Under the pieces are notes generated by a model. That model did no database searches. It was not told the DNA's origin and saw only the letters and a program-made list of their open reading frames with translations. A program made the translations under genes and the position numbers. Of a stretch of 47,166 nt of DNA, positions 8,652 to 18,700 are shown piece by piece. Every line of letters begins with the position of its first letter. Position 1 is the first letter of the stretch. This DNA comes from Syntrophomonadaceae bacterium. Its GTDB lineage: Bacteria > Bacillota > Dethiobacteria > DTU022. Location of the stretch: the NCBI GenBank assembly GCA_003553895.1, contig PWFM01000050.1, positions 1 to 47,166 of the forward strand, given 5' to 3'.

Positions 8652-8803
8652 TAAGCGGGGATGGGCGGCGTCTATATTAATCGAAGCATTACCAGTTATG
8701 GCATTTTGCTGCCGGGGAAATACAGTCCTGTAAAATATGTTGTTATTTAAGGTTTTGTTACATGTGGATGAGTTTCGTTTTGCTGCCAAAAACCGGAAAA
8801 AAA

Positions 8804-8832
8804 TTGACTTATAGTCTTTGTTGTTGTATCAT
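8804..8832 (+). promoter_or_regulatory. sigma-A promoter driving the SAM riboswitch and metK
   Basis: TTGACT (8804-8809), 17-nt spacer, TATCAT (8827-8832). Confidence 0.6.
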
Positions 8833-8854
8833 AGTTTTATAATATAATATGATT

Positions 8855-8995
8855 TCTCTTATCCAGAGCGGAGGAGGGACAGCCCCGATGAATCCCGGCA
8901 ACCGGTTCGTATGATCACGGTGCCAATTGCTGCGGGGGCCTTCCCCCGGGAGATGAGAGGTGCCTGAAAGGCCTCTTAAATGAAGAGGTTTTTTT
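8855..8995 (+). promoter_or_regulatory. SAM-I (S-box) riboswitch with terminator expression platform
   Basis: P1 pairs TCTCTTATC (8855-8863) with GATGAGAGG (8952-8960). The conserved core reads CCAGAGCGGAGGAGGGACAGCCCCGATGAATCCCGGCAACC...GGTGCCAATTGC. The terminator is CCTCTT-AAATG-AAGAGG (8972-8988) plus TTTTTTT. The P1 3' strand GAGAGG can instead pair with the terminator 5' strand CCTCTT as an antiterminator. Confidence 0.9.
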
Positions 8996-9239
8996 CATTT
9001 AGGGAACCGTTACAATAAGCTTGGAAAGGCGGTGTTTACTGAAAGTCAGTTTACCTGTATACCATTGGTGAGTTATTTTCAAACCTAATACTAAGTCAGG
9101 CGCATTAATGGTATGCCGGCAAACTAAAAGTAACGGGTTGACCCGGCATGCGGTTCCGCAATTTTAAATGAATCATGTCTGACATCTGCTTAAAATAGCT
9201 TAAATATAAGCAAGCTAAAATCATAAGGAGGAGAATTTA

Positions 9240-10433
9240 GTGCATCAGAATAATTATCTATTTTCATCAGAATCGGTAACGGAAGGCCATCCCGACAAGC
9301 TGGCCGACCAGATTTCCGATACCATTTTGGACGCAATCATGAAAGAGGACCCCATGGGACGTGTGGCCGCCGAAACGATGGTCACTACCGGGCTGGTCCT
9401 GGTCTGCGGTGAAATCACCACGGAGTGTTATGTAGATATTCCCCAGCTGGTAAGAGAAAAAGTCCTGGACATAGGTTACACAAGGGCGAAGTTTGGCTTT
9501 GACGGCGAAACCTGCGCCGTGCTCACCTCTATCGATGAGCAATCACCGGATATTGCCCAGGGTGTCGATGAAGCTTATGAAACCAGGAAAGAACAGCAAA
9601 AAGACGATTATGACCGCGTCGGCGCCGGAGATCAGGGGATCATGTTCGGCTATGCTTGTGAAGAAACCCCGGAATTGATGCCCATGCCGATTGCTTTGGC
9701 CCATAAAATGGCCCAGAGGCTTACTGATATCAGGAAGAAAGAAATTCTCGATTACCTCAGGCCTGATGGCAAAACCCAGGTAACAGTCGTATATGAAAAC
9801 GGAGAACCGGCCTTCCTGGACAATGTAGTTGTTTCCGCTCAGCACAGTGATGAAGTTTCCCTGGAACAGATTGAGAAAGATCTGATCGAGCTTGTTGTCC
9901 GTGAAATAGCTCCTGAAAAACTGATAAAACCGGAAACCCGGTTTTATATTAACCCCACCGGGCGCTTTGTTGTCGGTGGACCCCAGGGGGACGCCGGGTT
10001 GACCGGAAGGAAAACTATCGTTGACACTTACGGAGGGTACGCTGCCCACGGTGGAGGAGCATTTTCCGGTAAGGATCCGACGAAAGTTGATCGCTCGGCA
10101 TCTTATGCAGCGCGTTATGTGGCTAAGAACGTTGTGGCGGCAGGCCTGGCTTCCAGGTGCCAGCTTCAACTGGCTTATGCCATCGGAGTGGCCCACCCTG
10201 TTTCAATGATGATTGAAACATATGGAACGGAAAAGGTACCGGTTAAGCATATTGAAGAAATGATTAACAAACATTTCGATTTGCGTCCCGCTGCTATTAT
10301 AGACAACCTGCAGCTGCGGCGCCCGATTTACTGCAAGCTGGCGTCATACGGCCACTTTGGCCGTCCTGAACTGGATCTTACCTGGGAACGGTTGGATAAG
10401 GTCGAGCAACTTAAGGAAGCTTTGCCTACCTAA
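9240..10433 (+). CDS. metK: S-adenosylmethionine synthetase
   Basis: 397 aa. Motifs include [17 protein letters not shown] and [12 protein letters not shown] start preceded by AAGGAGG. Confidence 0.97.
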   Translation: MHQNNYLFSSESVTEGHPDKLADQISDTILDAIMKEDPMGRVAAETMVTTGLVLVCGEITTECYVDIPQLVREKVLDIGYTRAKFGFDGETCAVLTSIDEQSPDIAQGVDEAYETRKEQQKDDYDRVGAGDQGIMFGYACEETPELMPMPIALAHKMAQRLTDIRKKEILDYLRPDGKTQVTVVYENGEPAFLDNVVVSAQHSDEVSLEQIEKDLIELVVREIAPEKLIKPETRFYINPTGRFVVGGPQGDAGLTGRKTIVDTYGGYAAHGGGAFSGKDPTKVDRSASYAARYVAKNVVAAGLASRCQLQLAYAIGVAHPVSMMIETYGTEKVPVKHIEEMINKHFDLRPAAIIDNLQLRRPIYCKLASYGHFGRPELDLTWERLDKVEQLKEALPT

Positions 10434-10528
10434 AGGCTTGAGCTTGAGCCTTTAATTTGATAAAGTTAGATAGATAGTAAATTCCCGTCTCGGTTCGACA
10501 AGTAACAATAATGGTTGGTTTTCTCACC

Positions 10529-10563
10529 CTGCCCTCTTCCCTTTCAGGGGAGAGGGCAGTTTT
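10529..10563 (+). terminator. intrinsic terminator after metK
   Basis: 13-bp stem CTGCCCTCTTCCC / GGGGAGAGGGCAG with one G-U pair, loop TTTCA, then TTTT. Confidence 0.85.
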
Positions 10564-10678
10564 GGAATGTGCCCGGTGCGGGCTTACTTGCAAGTAAAAA
10601 TCCGCCCCGGGTTTGACAGTGGGGATAACTCGCCGAAGGCCAGGGTGTCTGATTTATATTATATTGACTGGACCGAAT

Positions 10679-12889
10679 ATGCAGGAGGGCATTCCGCTGG
10701 AAAGAATTGAAGGAACCCTGGAAAAGATCAGGTTTTACAGTGAGGAAAGCTCCTACCTGGTAGGTGTTTTACGCTGCCGTGACAACAATACCATTACTAT
10801 AGTAGGTAATTTCCCACCTATGCAGGAAGGAGAGACACTGGCAATAAAAGGCCAGTGGCAGGTCCATCCCCGTTACGGTCGCCAGCTGGCGGTCGAAGAT
10901 TGGGAACGGCTTTTGCCGGCCACTGAAGAAGGGCTTAAGCGTTACCTCTCATCGGGCTTGATAAAAGGCATTGGTCCGGTTACTGCTGATAAAATAGTGG
11001 ATCATTTCGGCCTGGATACCCTGGAAATTATGGAGCATGATCCTGATCGGTTGCAGGAAGTTGAGGGCATCGGGTTCAGGAAGGCTGCAGATATTTTAAA
11101 AAGTTACCGGCAGTACCAGGATGTCCAAAATGTCCTGGTGTTTTTGCAGGGTTACGGCATCGGAGTTAGCCAGGCGATGCGCCTTTACCGCCGCTATGGT
11201 TCCAATACAATTGAACAGGTTCGCGAAAACCCCTACCGCATGGCCGAAGACGTATTCGGGATCGGTTTTAAAACGGCCGATAAAATCGCCCTTAAACTGG
11301 GCTTGCCCGAGGACGCTCCTGAAAGGATCCGGGCTTCTATATCTTATACCCTGAGCCGGGCCGCTGAGCAGGGCCACGTTTATTTACCTCGGGAAACTCT
11401 GTTTGAGCAAATTAATGGACTGCTTGGCGGAGCTGAACAAAACCTAAACGATGCCTACCTCGATCAAGAGCTTCGGGAAATGGTGAAACATAAAAAGCTT
11501 TATTGTGAACAGATCGGGGATATTGAAGCTGTTTATTATGCTCCCTTCTATCAGGCTGAAAAAAATTCAGCTCGCCTGCTACTTCATTTAAGCAGAATGG
11601 CCAAATCGTATTCACCTCTGGAAACGAGCCAGGCCCTTGGAGCTGTTAAACACGACAACCCTCATTTAACCGAAGAACAACTGCAGGTGCTGGATGAAGC
11701 CATGCATAATGGAGTTCTTGTTGTTACCGGCGGCCCCGGCACCGGGAAAACGACTACGATCAAAGCGCTGCTTTCCACCTTCAGGCTTTTAAGGCAGAAA
11801 GTACTCCTGGCTGCCCCAACAGGTCGGGCGGCAAAAAGGGTGACCGAAGCCACCGGACAGGAAGCCTCTACCATACATCGTTTGCTGGAGTACAACTTCA
11901 CGGAAGGAGAGGGATTTAATTTTAAACGCAACGAGGATAACCCGGTAGATGCCGGGGTGGTAATCGTTGACGAGGCTTCCATGGTTGACTTGCTCCTGAT
12001 GTACAACCTGCTGAAAGCCTTACCTGCAGGCTGCCGCCTGGTTATGGTTGGCGATGTGGATCAGCTGCCGGCGGTTGGAGCGGGCAATGTTCTAAGAGAT
12101 CTGATCTTCTCCGGGGAAATTCAGTGCTTCCGTCTCGGCTATATTTTTCGTCAGGCCCGGGAAAGCATGATCGTTGTTAACGCGCACCGGGTTAACCAGG
12201 GCGAGATGCCTTACCTGAATGTAAAAAAGAAAGATTTCTTTTTCATGCATGAAGAAGACCCGGAGCAGGCTGCAGAGCTGGTGGTTCAGCTTTGCCGTGA
12301 AAGGTTGCCCAACTATGGTCCCTACGACCCCCTCCTCGATTTGCAGGTCCTCACACCGATGCGTAAAACGGCAGCGGGAGTGGATCGGCTCAATGTTATG
12401 CTGCAGCAGGCCTTGAACCCACCGGCTATAGATCTGATTGAAACAATGTCTCGAGGCAATATATTCCGCCTTGGCGACAAAGTCATGCAGGTTCGTAACA
12501 ATTACCAGAAAGAAGTTTTTAACGGCGATATTGGACTGGTAACAGCCATTGACAAGGAAGCTTCCGAAATGGTGGTCACCTTTCGGGATGTGATCATGGA
12601 CAGACCTGTGGTTTATGATTTTACGGAGCTTGATGAGCTGGTCCTTTCTTACGCTGTTTCGGTTCATAAAAGCCAGGGCAGTGAATACCCGGTTATCGTC
12701 ATGCCTGTCCTGACCCAGCATTATATGCTTTTGCAGCGGAACCTGCTTTATACCGGGATAACCAGGGCTAAAAAATTGGCCGTGCTGGTCGGCAGCAAGA
12801 AAGCACTGGCCATTGCAGTCCGTAATACTCGGGCGGAAGATCGGTATACTTTTCTGGATGGCCGCCTGAAAATGGGGGAAGCTGATTGA
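10679..12889 (+). CDS. recD2: RecD2-type SF1 ATP-dependent DNA helicase
   Basis: Motifs are Walker A GGPGTGKTT, VIVDEASMVD, GDVDQLPAVGAGN, SVHKSQGSEY and YTGITRAKK. There is an HhH region near the N-terminus. I prefer the ATG at 10679 (MQEGIPLERIEG...) over the TTG at 10613, but the start is uncertain. Confidence 0.9.
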   Translation: MQEGIPLERIEGTLEKIRFYSEESSYLVGVLRCRDNNTITIVGNFPPMQEGETLAIKGQWQVHPRYGRQLAVEDWERLLPATEEGLKRYLSSGLIKGIGPVTADKIVDHFGLDTLEIMEHDPDRLQEVEGIGFRKAADILKSYRQYQDVQNVLVFLQGYGIGVSQAMRLYRRYGSNTIEQVRENPYRMAEDVFGIGFKTADKIALKLGLPEDAPERIRASISYTLSRAAEQGHVYLPRETLFEQINGLLGGAEQNLNDAYLDQELREMVKHKKLYCEQIGDIEAVYYAPFYQAEKNSARLLLHLSRMAKSYSPLETSQALGAVKHDNPHLTEEQLQVLDEAMHNGVLVVTGGPGTGKTTTIKALLSTFRLLRQKVLLAAPTGRAAKRVTEATGQEASTIHRLLEYNFTEGEGFNFKRNEDNPVDAGVVIVDEASMVDLLLMYNLLKALPAGCRLVMVGDVDQLPAVGAGNVLRDLIFSGEIQCFRLGYIFRQARESMIVVNAHRVNQGEMPYLNVKKKDFFFMHEEDPEQAAELVVQLCRERLPNYGPYDPLLDLQVLTPMRKTAAGVDRLNVMLQQALNPPAIDLIETMSRGNIFRLGDKVMQVRNNYQKEVFNGDIGLVTAIDKEASEMVVTFRDVIMDRPVVYDFTELDELVLSYAVSVHKSQGSEYPVIVMPVLTQHYMLLQRNLLYTGITRAKKLAVLVGSKKALAIAVRNTRAEDRYTFLDGRLKMGEAD

Positions 12890-13659
12890 TGCCCGGCCCG
12901 GAAGTGGTTCCGGTAAATCAGGGCTGGTTTGAGCTTATGCTCAGCTACCTGTTTCCCCGACGCTGCCTGTTTTGTGCAGAAGTTTTGCCCGTATTAAGCG
13001 GTCAACCCCTTTGCCCTTCCTGCGTGCGTTACTATAAACCCGGCGGCAGGATCTGTCCCTTTTGCGAAGGCTTTTTCCGTGTGGAGAAACCCTGTTCTTG
13101 CCGGACAGAGGATACCTTCCTGCAGGGTTTGTTCGTCATTGCTCTTTACGATTCACGCTGGCGGCGCCTGGTCCACGATCTTAAGTATAGAAAGCGCAAG
13201 GCGGCGCTCCGTCCCCTGGGAGCCTGGTTGGCCTCTGAAATTAGCCGTGCCGGATATTGCCGGCCCGATTTGGTCGTGCCCGTGCCCCTTCATTCTGTTC
13301 GAGAAAAAGAAAGAGGCTACAACCAGGCCGCTTTGCTGGCCCGGCACACTGCCCGGGTTCTCAATATTCCTTACCGCAGCATCCTGGTTAAAGAAAAGCA
13401 GACTCTGTCCCAAACTTCAATTTCGCGTCTCGAGCGGCAGGAAAATGTTCGCGGTGCTTTCAGGTGTTTGCCGGGCGACTGTAAGGAGGCGACCGTCCTG
13501 TTGGTCGATGATGTCTATTCGACAGGGTCGACAATGAAAGAAGCGGCCTCGGTGCTGAGCTTGCAGGGGGCCCGGGTTTTCGGGGCGGCGCTTGCTTACA
13601 ATCCCAACTACAGGGCTCTGCAGGGTTCCGGGTTTTACGCCGGCCTTGATAAATGGTAA
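12889..13659 (+). CDS. comFC: ComF-family protein (ComFC-like, PRTase fold)
   Basis: N-terminal Cys clusters (CLFC...CPSC, CPFC) and a PRTase loop LLVDDVYSTGST. The ATG overlaps the recD2 TGA by 1 nt. Confidence 0.8.
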   Translation: MPGPEVVPVNQGWFELMLSYLFPRRCLFCAEVLPVLSGQPLCPSCVRYYKPGGRICPFCEGFFRVEKPCSCRTEDTFLQGLFVIALYDSRWRRLVHDLKYRKRKAALRPLGAWLASEISRAGYCRPDLVVPVPLHSVREKERGYNQAALLARHTARVLNIPYRSILVKEKQTLSQTSISRLERQENVRGAFRCLPGDCKEATVLLVDDVYSTGSTMKEAASVLSLQGARVFGAALAYNPNYRALQGSGFYAGLDKW

Positions 13660-13683
13660 AAAAGTACCGCAATTTTTCACAGC

Positions 13684-13708
13684 AGGATTTTTTGCTGGAC
13701 TGGGGAAT
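13684..13708 (+). promoter_or_regulatory. candidate sigma-H-type promoter upstream of hpf
   Basis: GCAGGATTT (13682-13690), 11 nt, then GGGGAAT (13702-13708). This fits RNAGGAWWW-N11-12-RNNGAAT. B. subtilis yvyD/hpf is known to have a sigma-H promoter. Confidence 0.4.
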
Positions 13709-13757
13709 AGTTAATGTAGTAATATAAGTACCTATATTAAACAGGAGGTTGATCGCA

Positions 13758-14297
13758 ATGAAAATAAATGTCCGCGGGAAAAACATCGATGCCACACCTT
13801 CGCTTGTCGATTATGCCCACAAAAAACTGGGCAAACTGGACAAGCATTTTGATGAAAATGCCGATGTCCAGGTAGTTATGAGCGTTATTCGCGAAGAACA
13901 TATTGTAGAAGTAACCGTCAACCTGAACGGCATGATTCTGCGCGGGGAAGAATCAACCGGTGATATGTACGCCTCTATAGATCAGGTTGTCGATAAACTG
14001 GAACGCCAGGTCAAAAAATATAAAACCCGCATGCACAAACAGATGCGGCAAAAAGGTGTCCGCAACATGAACGAAAAACACGCGGCAATTGAGGCAGAAG
14101 AAGCCGAAGAAGAGGATAAACCCCGGGTGGTCAGGACCAAGCGGTTTCCGCTTAAGCCGATGACTGTTGAAGAAGCAATCCTGCAGATGGATCTTTTAGG
14201 CCATAATTTCTTTGTTTTTGCCAATGCTGAGACTGAAGCCATTAATGTCATCTACCGCCGCAAAGATGGCAACTACGGGTTGATAGAACCAGAGTAA
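13758..14297 (+). CDS. hpf: ribosome hibernation promoting factor, long form
   Basis: MKINVRGKNI...LDKHF matches the S30AE N-domain. The C-terminal dimerisation domain reads FPLKPMTVEEAILQMDLLGHNFFVF. ATG at 13758 lies 9 nt after AGGAGG. Confidence 0.93.
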   Translation: MKINVRGKNIDATPSLVDYAHKKLGKLDKHFDENADVQVVMSVIREEHIVEVTVNLNGMILRGEESTGDMYASIDQVVDKLERQVKKYKTRMHKQMRQKGVRNMNEKHAAIEAEEAEEEDKPRVVRTKRFPLKPMTVEEAILQMDLLGHNFFVFANAETEAINVIYRRKDGNYGLIEPE

Positions 14298-14358
14298 GGC
14301 CCGGTTCAAGCGGGGCACGGGTTCGCCAGTCCTTCTGCTACAGGAAAAGGAACGGACA

Positions 14359-15474
14359 ATGGACAAGAAAGTAAGCGCTTTAATATTTGAAGGTTCTCGG
14401 CCGAAAAGTCCGGTCGAAGAAATGGTGGTCCGGGTTCGCCAGGCGGCACTGCTTGACAACCTGGAGAAAATGAAACAAGTTCCCCTGCTGGAGGGGATTT
14501 ACTTGCATACCAACCGGCCGGATCTGGCCGGGCCTGCTGCAGAACTGGGAGCAAAAGTTTTGCTTAATGACATTCCTGCCGATCAATTTCACTATGGGCG
14601 GGAGTTGCAGGGCGCCGTTAAGCACCACGGACTGGATAGGGTTTTTTGTCTGAACGGGGCAGGGTGTCCCCTGATAACAATAGAAGAGTTGGACATGATC
14701 TGCCGTAAACTGCTCAGCCGTGAGCACTTTGTTTATACCAACAACACCCAGTCGGTGGATATGATTGCTTTTACTGTACCTGATCAAATTGGCCGTGTTC
14801 AACTGCCGGCTACCGATAACAGCCTGGCCATGACCCTGCGTGATGAACTGGGACTGGAAATGGAGCTGATGCCCCATTCACTCGGCCTGCTCTTCGACAT
14901 TGATACGCCTTCTGATCTCCTGGTTCTGGGTGAAGGTCCTTTTGCCGGCCCTCGAACCAGGGAAGTCCTGGGCAGCTTGGGCCTGGATGGCGGTAAGCTG
15001 GCGGCGGTCAAAGAAGTGCTCAAGGATGAATATGAAGATGTGGCTTTAATTGGACGGGTAGGGGCGCCGGTTATTGAGCGCCTCAATGCTCTTCTCAAGC
15101 TTCGCCTCCGTGTTTTTTCCGAAGAAAGAGGCATGAAATCGCTGGGGCGGATCGAAGCCGGAACAGTAATATCTCTGCTCGGCCTTCTTATTGACCATGC
15201 CGGTTTGGAGCAGTTCTTCCATTACCTTTCCCGTGTAGCCCGTTGCGCGTTTATCGACAGCCGGGTCTTGATGTACCATTATAATTATAATTTCTCCGAC
15301 CGGGAACGCTTTTTGTCCGATCTCGGCCTGTGGCGGGAAATAGAAGATCCCTGGTTAAGCGAATTTACCAGGTTAGCCGAAGAATGCCCCATTCCGATTA
15401 TTCTGGGAGGCCATTCCCTGGTCTCCGGCAGCCTCTGGGCCCTCACTTGCGAACTGGCTCCCGGCGCTGATTAG
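14359..15474 (+). CDS. uncharacterised protein with a possible nucleotidyltransferase-like N-terminal domain
   Basis: 371-aa ORF with an AAAGGAA RBS and no terminator between it and hpf. A DIDTPSDL motif (aa 180-187) resembles the C-terminal motif of CofC/MobA/IspD-like GT-A nucleotidyltransferases. I do not recognise the C-terminal half. Confidence 0.6.
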   Translation: MDKKVSALIFEGSRPKSPVEEMVVRVRQAALLDNLEKMKQVPLLEGIYLHTNRPDLAGPAAELGAKVLLNDIPADQFHYGRELQGAVKHHGLDRVFCLNGAGCPLITIEELDMICRKLLSREHFVYTNNTQSVDMIAFTVPDQIGRVQLPATDNSLAMTLRDELGLEMELMPHSLGLLFDIDTPSDLLVLGEGPFAGPRTREVLGSLGLDGGKLAAVKEVLKDEYEDVALIGRVGAPVIERLNALLKLRLRVFSEERGMKSLGRIEAGTVISLLGLLIDHAGLEQFFHYLSRVARCAFIDSRVLMYHYNYNFSDRERFLSDLGLWREIEDPWLSEFTRLAEECPIPIILGGHSLVSGSLWALTCELAPGAD

Positions 15475-15700
15475 TTACAAAGATGTTTATCAGCCTGAGA
15501 ACCTGCCCAATCTTGTTCTGTTGGTTCTAACTGTGTTAAAATTAGAGGCGCGGGATTGTGCATTGCCCCGCAAGAAATATAGCTGGCAAATCGGGGCCGG
15601 AAGGATAGTTGGTCCTATAAATAGAGGTGTAAAATCGGCTGGCAGGAATTTTTTTTGTCTTTTATGCGTAAAGAGAATACACAGCTAAAGGAGCTTTGAA

Positions 15701-18700
15701 ATGGCTGCTTTTTTGAAAAAAATATTCGGCGATCCCAATGAAAAGGAAGTACGCCGGCTGCAGAAAGATGTAGATCAGGTCAATGCCCTGGAAGAGTGGG
15801 CTTCTTCGCTTCCCGATGATCATTTTCCGAAACAGACGGATCTGTTCCGGGATCGTCTTCAAAAAGGGGAGACTGAAGACGATCTGTTGCCGGAGGCATT
15901 TGCCCTGGCCCGGGAGGCGGCACGGCGAAAAACAGGCATGCGCCCCTTTGATGTCCAGATCATGGGAGCTATTGTCCTTCACCATGGCCGGATAGCGGAA
16001 ATGAAAACAGGAGAAGGTAAAACCCTCGTGGCTACCTTGCCGGCATACCTCAATGCCATTTCCGGCAAAGGAGTTCATATCGTTACTGTTAACGATTACC
16101 TGGCCCGCAGGGACCGGAACTGGATGGGCCCGGTTTATGAAATGTTGGGCCTTAATGTGGGGCTGGTTGTGCAGGGTCTGGAACAGGAAGACCGCCGGGA
16201 GGCTTATCAAGCTGACATACTTTATGCCACCAACAACGAACTGGGATTTGATTATCTGCGCGACAACATGGTTCTATACAAAGATCAGATGGTTCAGAGA
16301 GGCCATCACTATGCCATTGTTGACGAAGTTGACAGCATCCTTATTGATGAAGCGCGGACTCCCTTGATTATAAGCAGCAGGGTCGAAACCAGGGAAGATT
16401 ACGGACGCTGGAAGAATGAAGTGGAGCACTTAATCCGCCGGCAGGGCAAATTGATTGCCGACCTTTTAAATGAAGCTCGCAAGGACCTGGATTCCGGTAA
16501 TGAAGAAGAGGCCGGCGAAAAACTGCTCCTGGCCAGGCGCGGTTCTCCCAAGAACAGGAAATTGATGAAAATGCTCAAGGAGTCGGGTGTGGAGAAGCTG
16601 GTGGAACGCACCAAGCACCGTTTGATGACAGAAAAAAGGCTTCCCCACCTGGAAGAAGAGCTTTACTATATCATCGATGAAACCACCAGGTTGGCCGATA
16701 TTAAAGATAAAGGATATCGGGAACTGGAACGGGTCAACCCGGAACTGACCAGGATCTTGCGTTTGGGTAAGTCCAGCGCGGAAGATGATGACAGAGATGC
16801 ACTCGATGAAGGGTATTCCGAGCAGGAAGATGAGGATATAGAGTTTGCTGAAGAGATAGAAGAGGCCGGCCAGCATCGCCACTATTTCGACCAGCTGATC
16901 AAGGCTTACTCCCTCTTCGAAAAAGATGTCGATTATGTGGTCCAGGACGGCAAAGTATTAATTGTCGACGAATTTACGGGCCGCCTGATGCCCGGCCGCC
17001 GTTACTCAGACGGCCTCCACCAGGCCATCGAAGCCAAGGAGGGAGTCGAGGTCCAGGCGGCTACAAGGACGGTAGCTTCGATTACATTTCAGAACTATTT
17101 CCGTATGTACGACAAGATCTCCGGGATGACCGGGACCGCGGTCACCGAAGAAGAGGAGTTCCAGAAAATATATGGGATGGACGTTGTGGCTATCCCTACC
17201 AACAAGCCCTTGATTCGCGAAGAATGGCCCGACCTGATTTACAAGACTGAGCCGGCCAAGTTCAATGCAGTAGTGGAAGCAATCAAGGAATGCCGGGAGC
17301 GCGGTCAGCCGGTCCTTGTGGGGACGATCTCGGTGGAAAGATCTGAAATGCTGAGCAGAATGCTAAAAAAAGAGGGCGTCCCTCACGAGGTGCTTAATGC
17401 CGTCAATCACAGCCGCGAAGCTTACATTATTGCCCAGGCCGGACGAAAAGGAGCGGTGACCATTTCCACCAACATGGCCGGCCGGGGGACGGATATCATT
17501 CTTGGCGGCAATCCCGAGTACCTGGTTAAAGAAATGTTGATCACGGAGTTTGGCGCCGATTACCCGGAATTGGACGAGGAAAAGCAAAAGCGCTGGGATG
17601 AACGTCAGGCTAAATTGATGCAAGAAGCGATGGAGGAGACGCGGCAGCAAAAACAAGAAGTTATTTCCGCCGGGGGGCTGCATGTACTTGGCACCGAAAG
17701 GCATGAAAGCCGCCGTATCGATAACCAGCTGCGCGGGCGTTCGGGACGCCAGGGTGATCCCGGTTCATCCCAATTCTTTGTTTCCCTGGAAGATGATCTA
17801 ATGCGCCTTTTCGGAGGAGAAAATATAGCCAGCCTGATGGAAAGATTTGGAGTGGAGGAAGATGTGCCTATCGATCATTCCCTGGTCAGCCGGGGAATTG
17901 AGAATGCCCAGAAGAAGGTGGAATCAAGGAACTTTGAAATCAGGCGCAACCTGCTCGACTATGACGATGTCCTCAACCAGCAGCGGGAAGTGATCTACAG
18001 CCAGCGCCGCCGGGTGCTGGAAGGTGAAGACATGCGGCAGCCGATTCTTGGGATGGTTGACGAAGTTATTGATCGTATGGTTGAAGAATATACCGTAGAA
18101 AAGGGTTTCTTGGAAGATGAAGACGCCCGGGCTCTCCTGGAAAGGGCTGAAGATATCTTTGTCCGCCGGGGCCGTATTGCCCTGGAAAACCTTGTTGACC
18201 AGGAAGAAGAAGATGTTAAAAGCTTACTCCGGGAAGAAGCGCATGCCTTTTACGAGGAAAGGGAGCGGGATCTGAGGCCTGAAATTATGCGCGAAGTGGA
18301 AAGAGTGGTCCTCCTGCGCACAGTGGATCGCCATTGGATGTATTTCATCGATGTCATGCACGATCTGCGGCGTGATATCCACACCCAGGCTTATGGCCAG
18401 AGAAACCCTCTGGTAGAGTACAGGATGCAGAGTGCGGAAATGTTTGAAGATATGATCCGCCAGGTGCAAAGTGATGTAGTCCGCGCCGTATACCAGGTAA
18501 ATGTTACAGCTGCGCCAAAAAGAGAAGCCGTAGCCAGCGATATCAGGGGGCAGAGGCAGAAAATAGCCGCAGTTGGTGGCGGCAGGGCCTCCGCTGCAGC
18601 GGGTTATGGCGGTTCTGCCCCGGAAAAACCAGCCAAGGCGGAACCGGTTTCTGTCGAGAAAATAGGCCGCAACCAACCATGCCCCTGTGGAAGCGGGAAG

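Noticed and set aside
8142-8789. 215-aa minus-strand ORF
   Set aside because: It is antisense to fabZ and the PRTase 3' end. No RBS or motif.
10509-10600. 28-aa ORF (MVGFLTLPSS...) between metK and recD2
   Set aside because: It spans the metK terminator hairpin and has no RBS.
13079-13537. 152-aa alternative-frame ORF inside comFC
   Set aside because: It is an overlapping frame within a gene whose annotated frame carries the Cys clusters and the PRTase motif. The alternative frame is Arg/Cys/Ser-rich with no motif.
15584-15662. TGGCA-containing strings upstream of secA (CTGGCAAATCGGGGCC, CTGGCAGGAATTTTTTTTG), and TGGCAC at 203-208, as possible sigma-54 promoters
   Set aside because: None has a GC dinucleotide at the required -12 position (GG-N10-GC). 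No sigma-54 promoter can be supported in this window.
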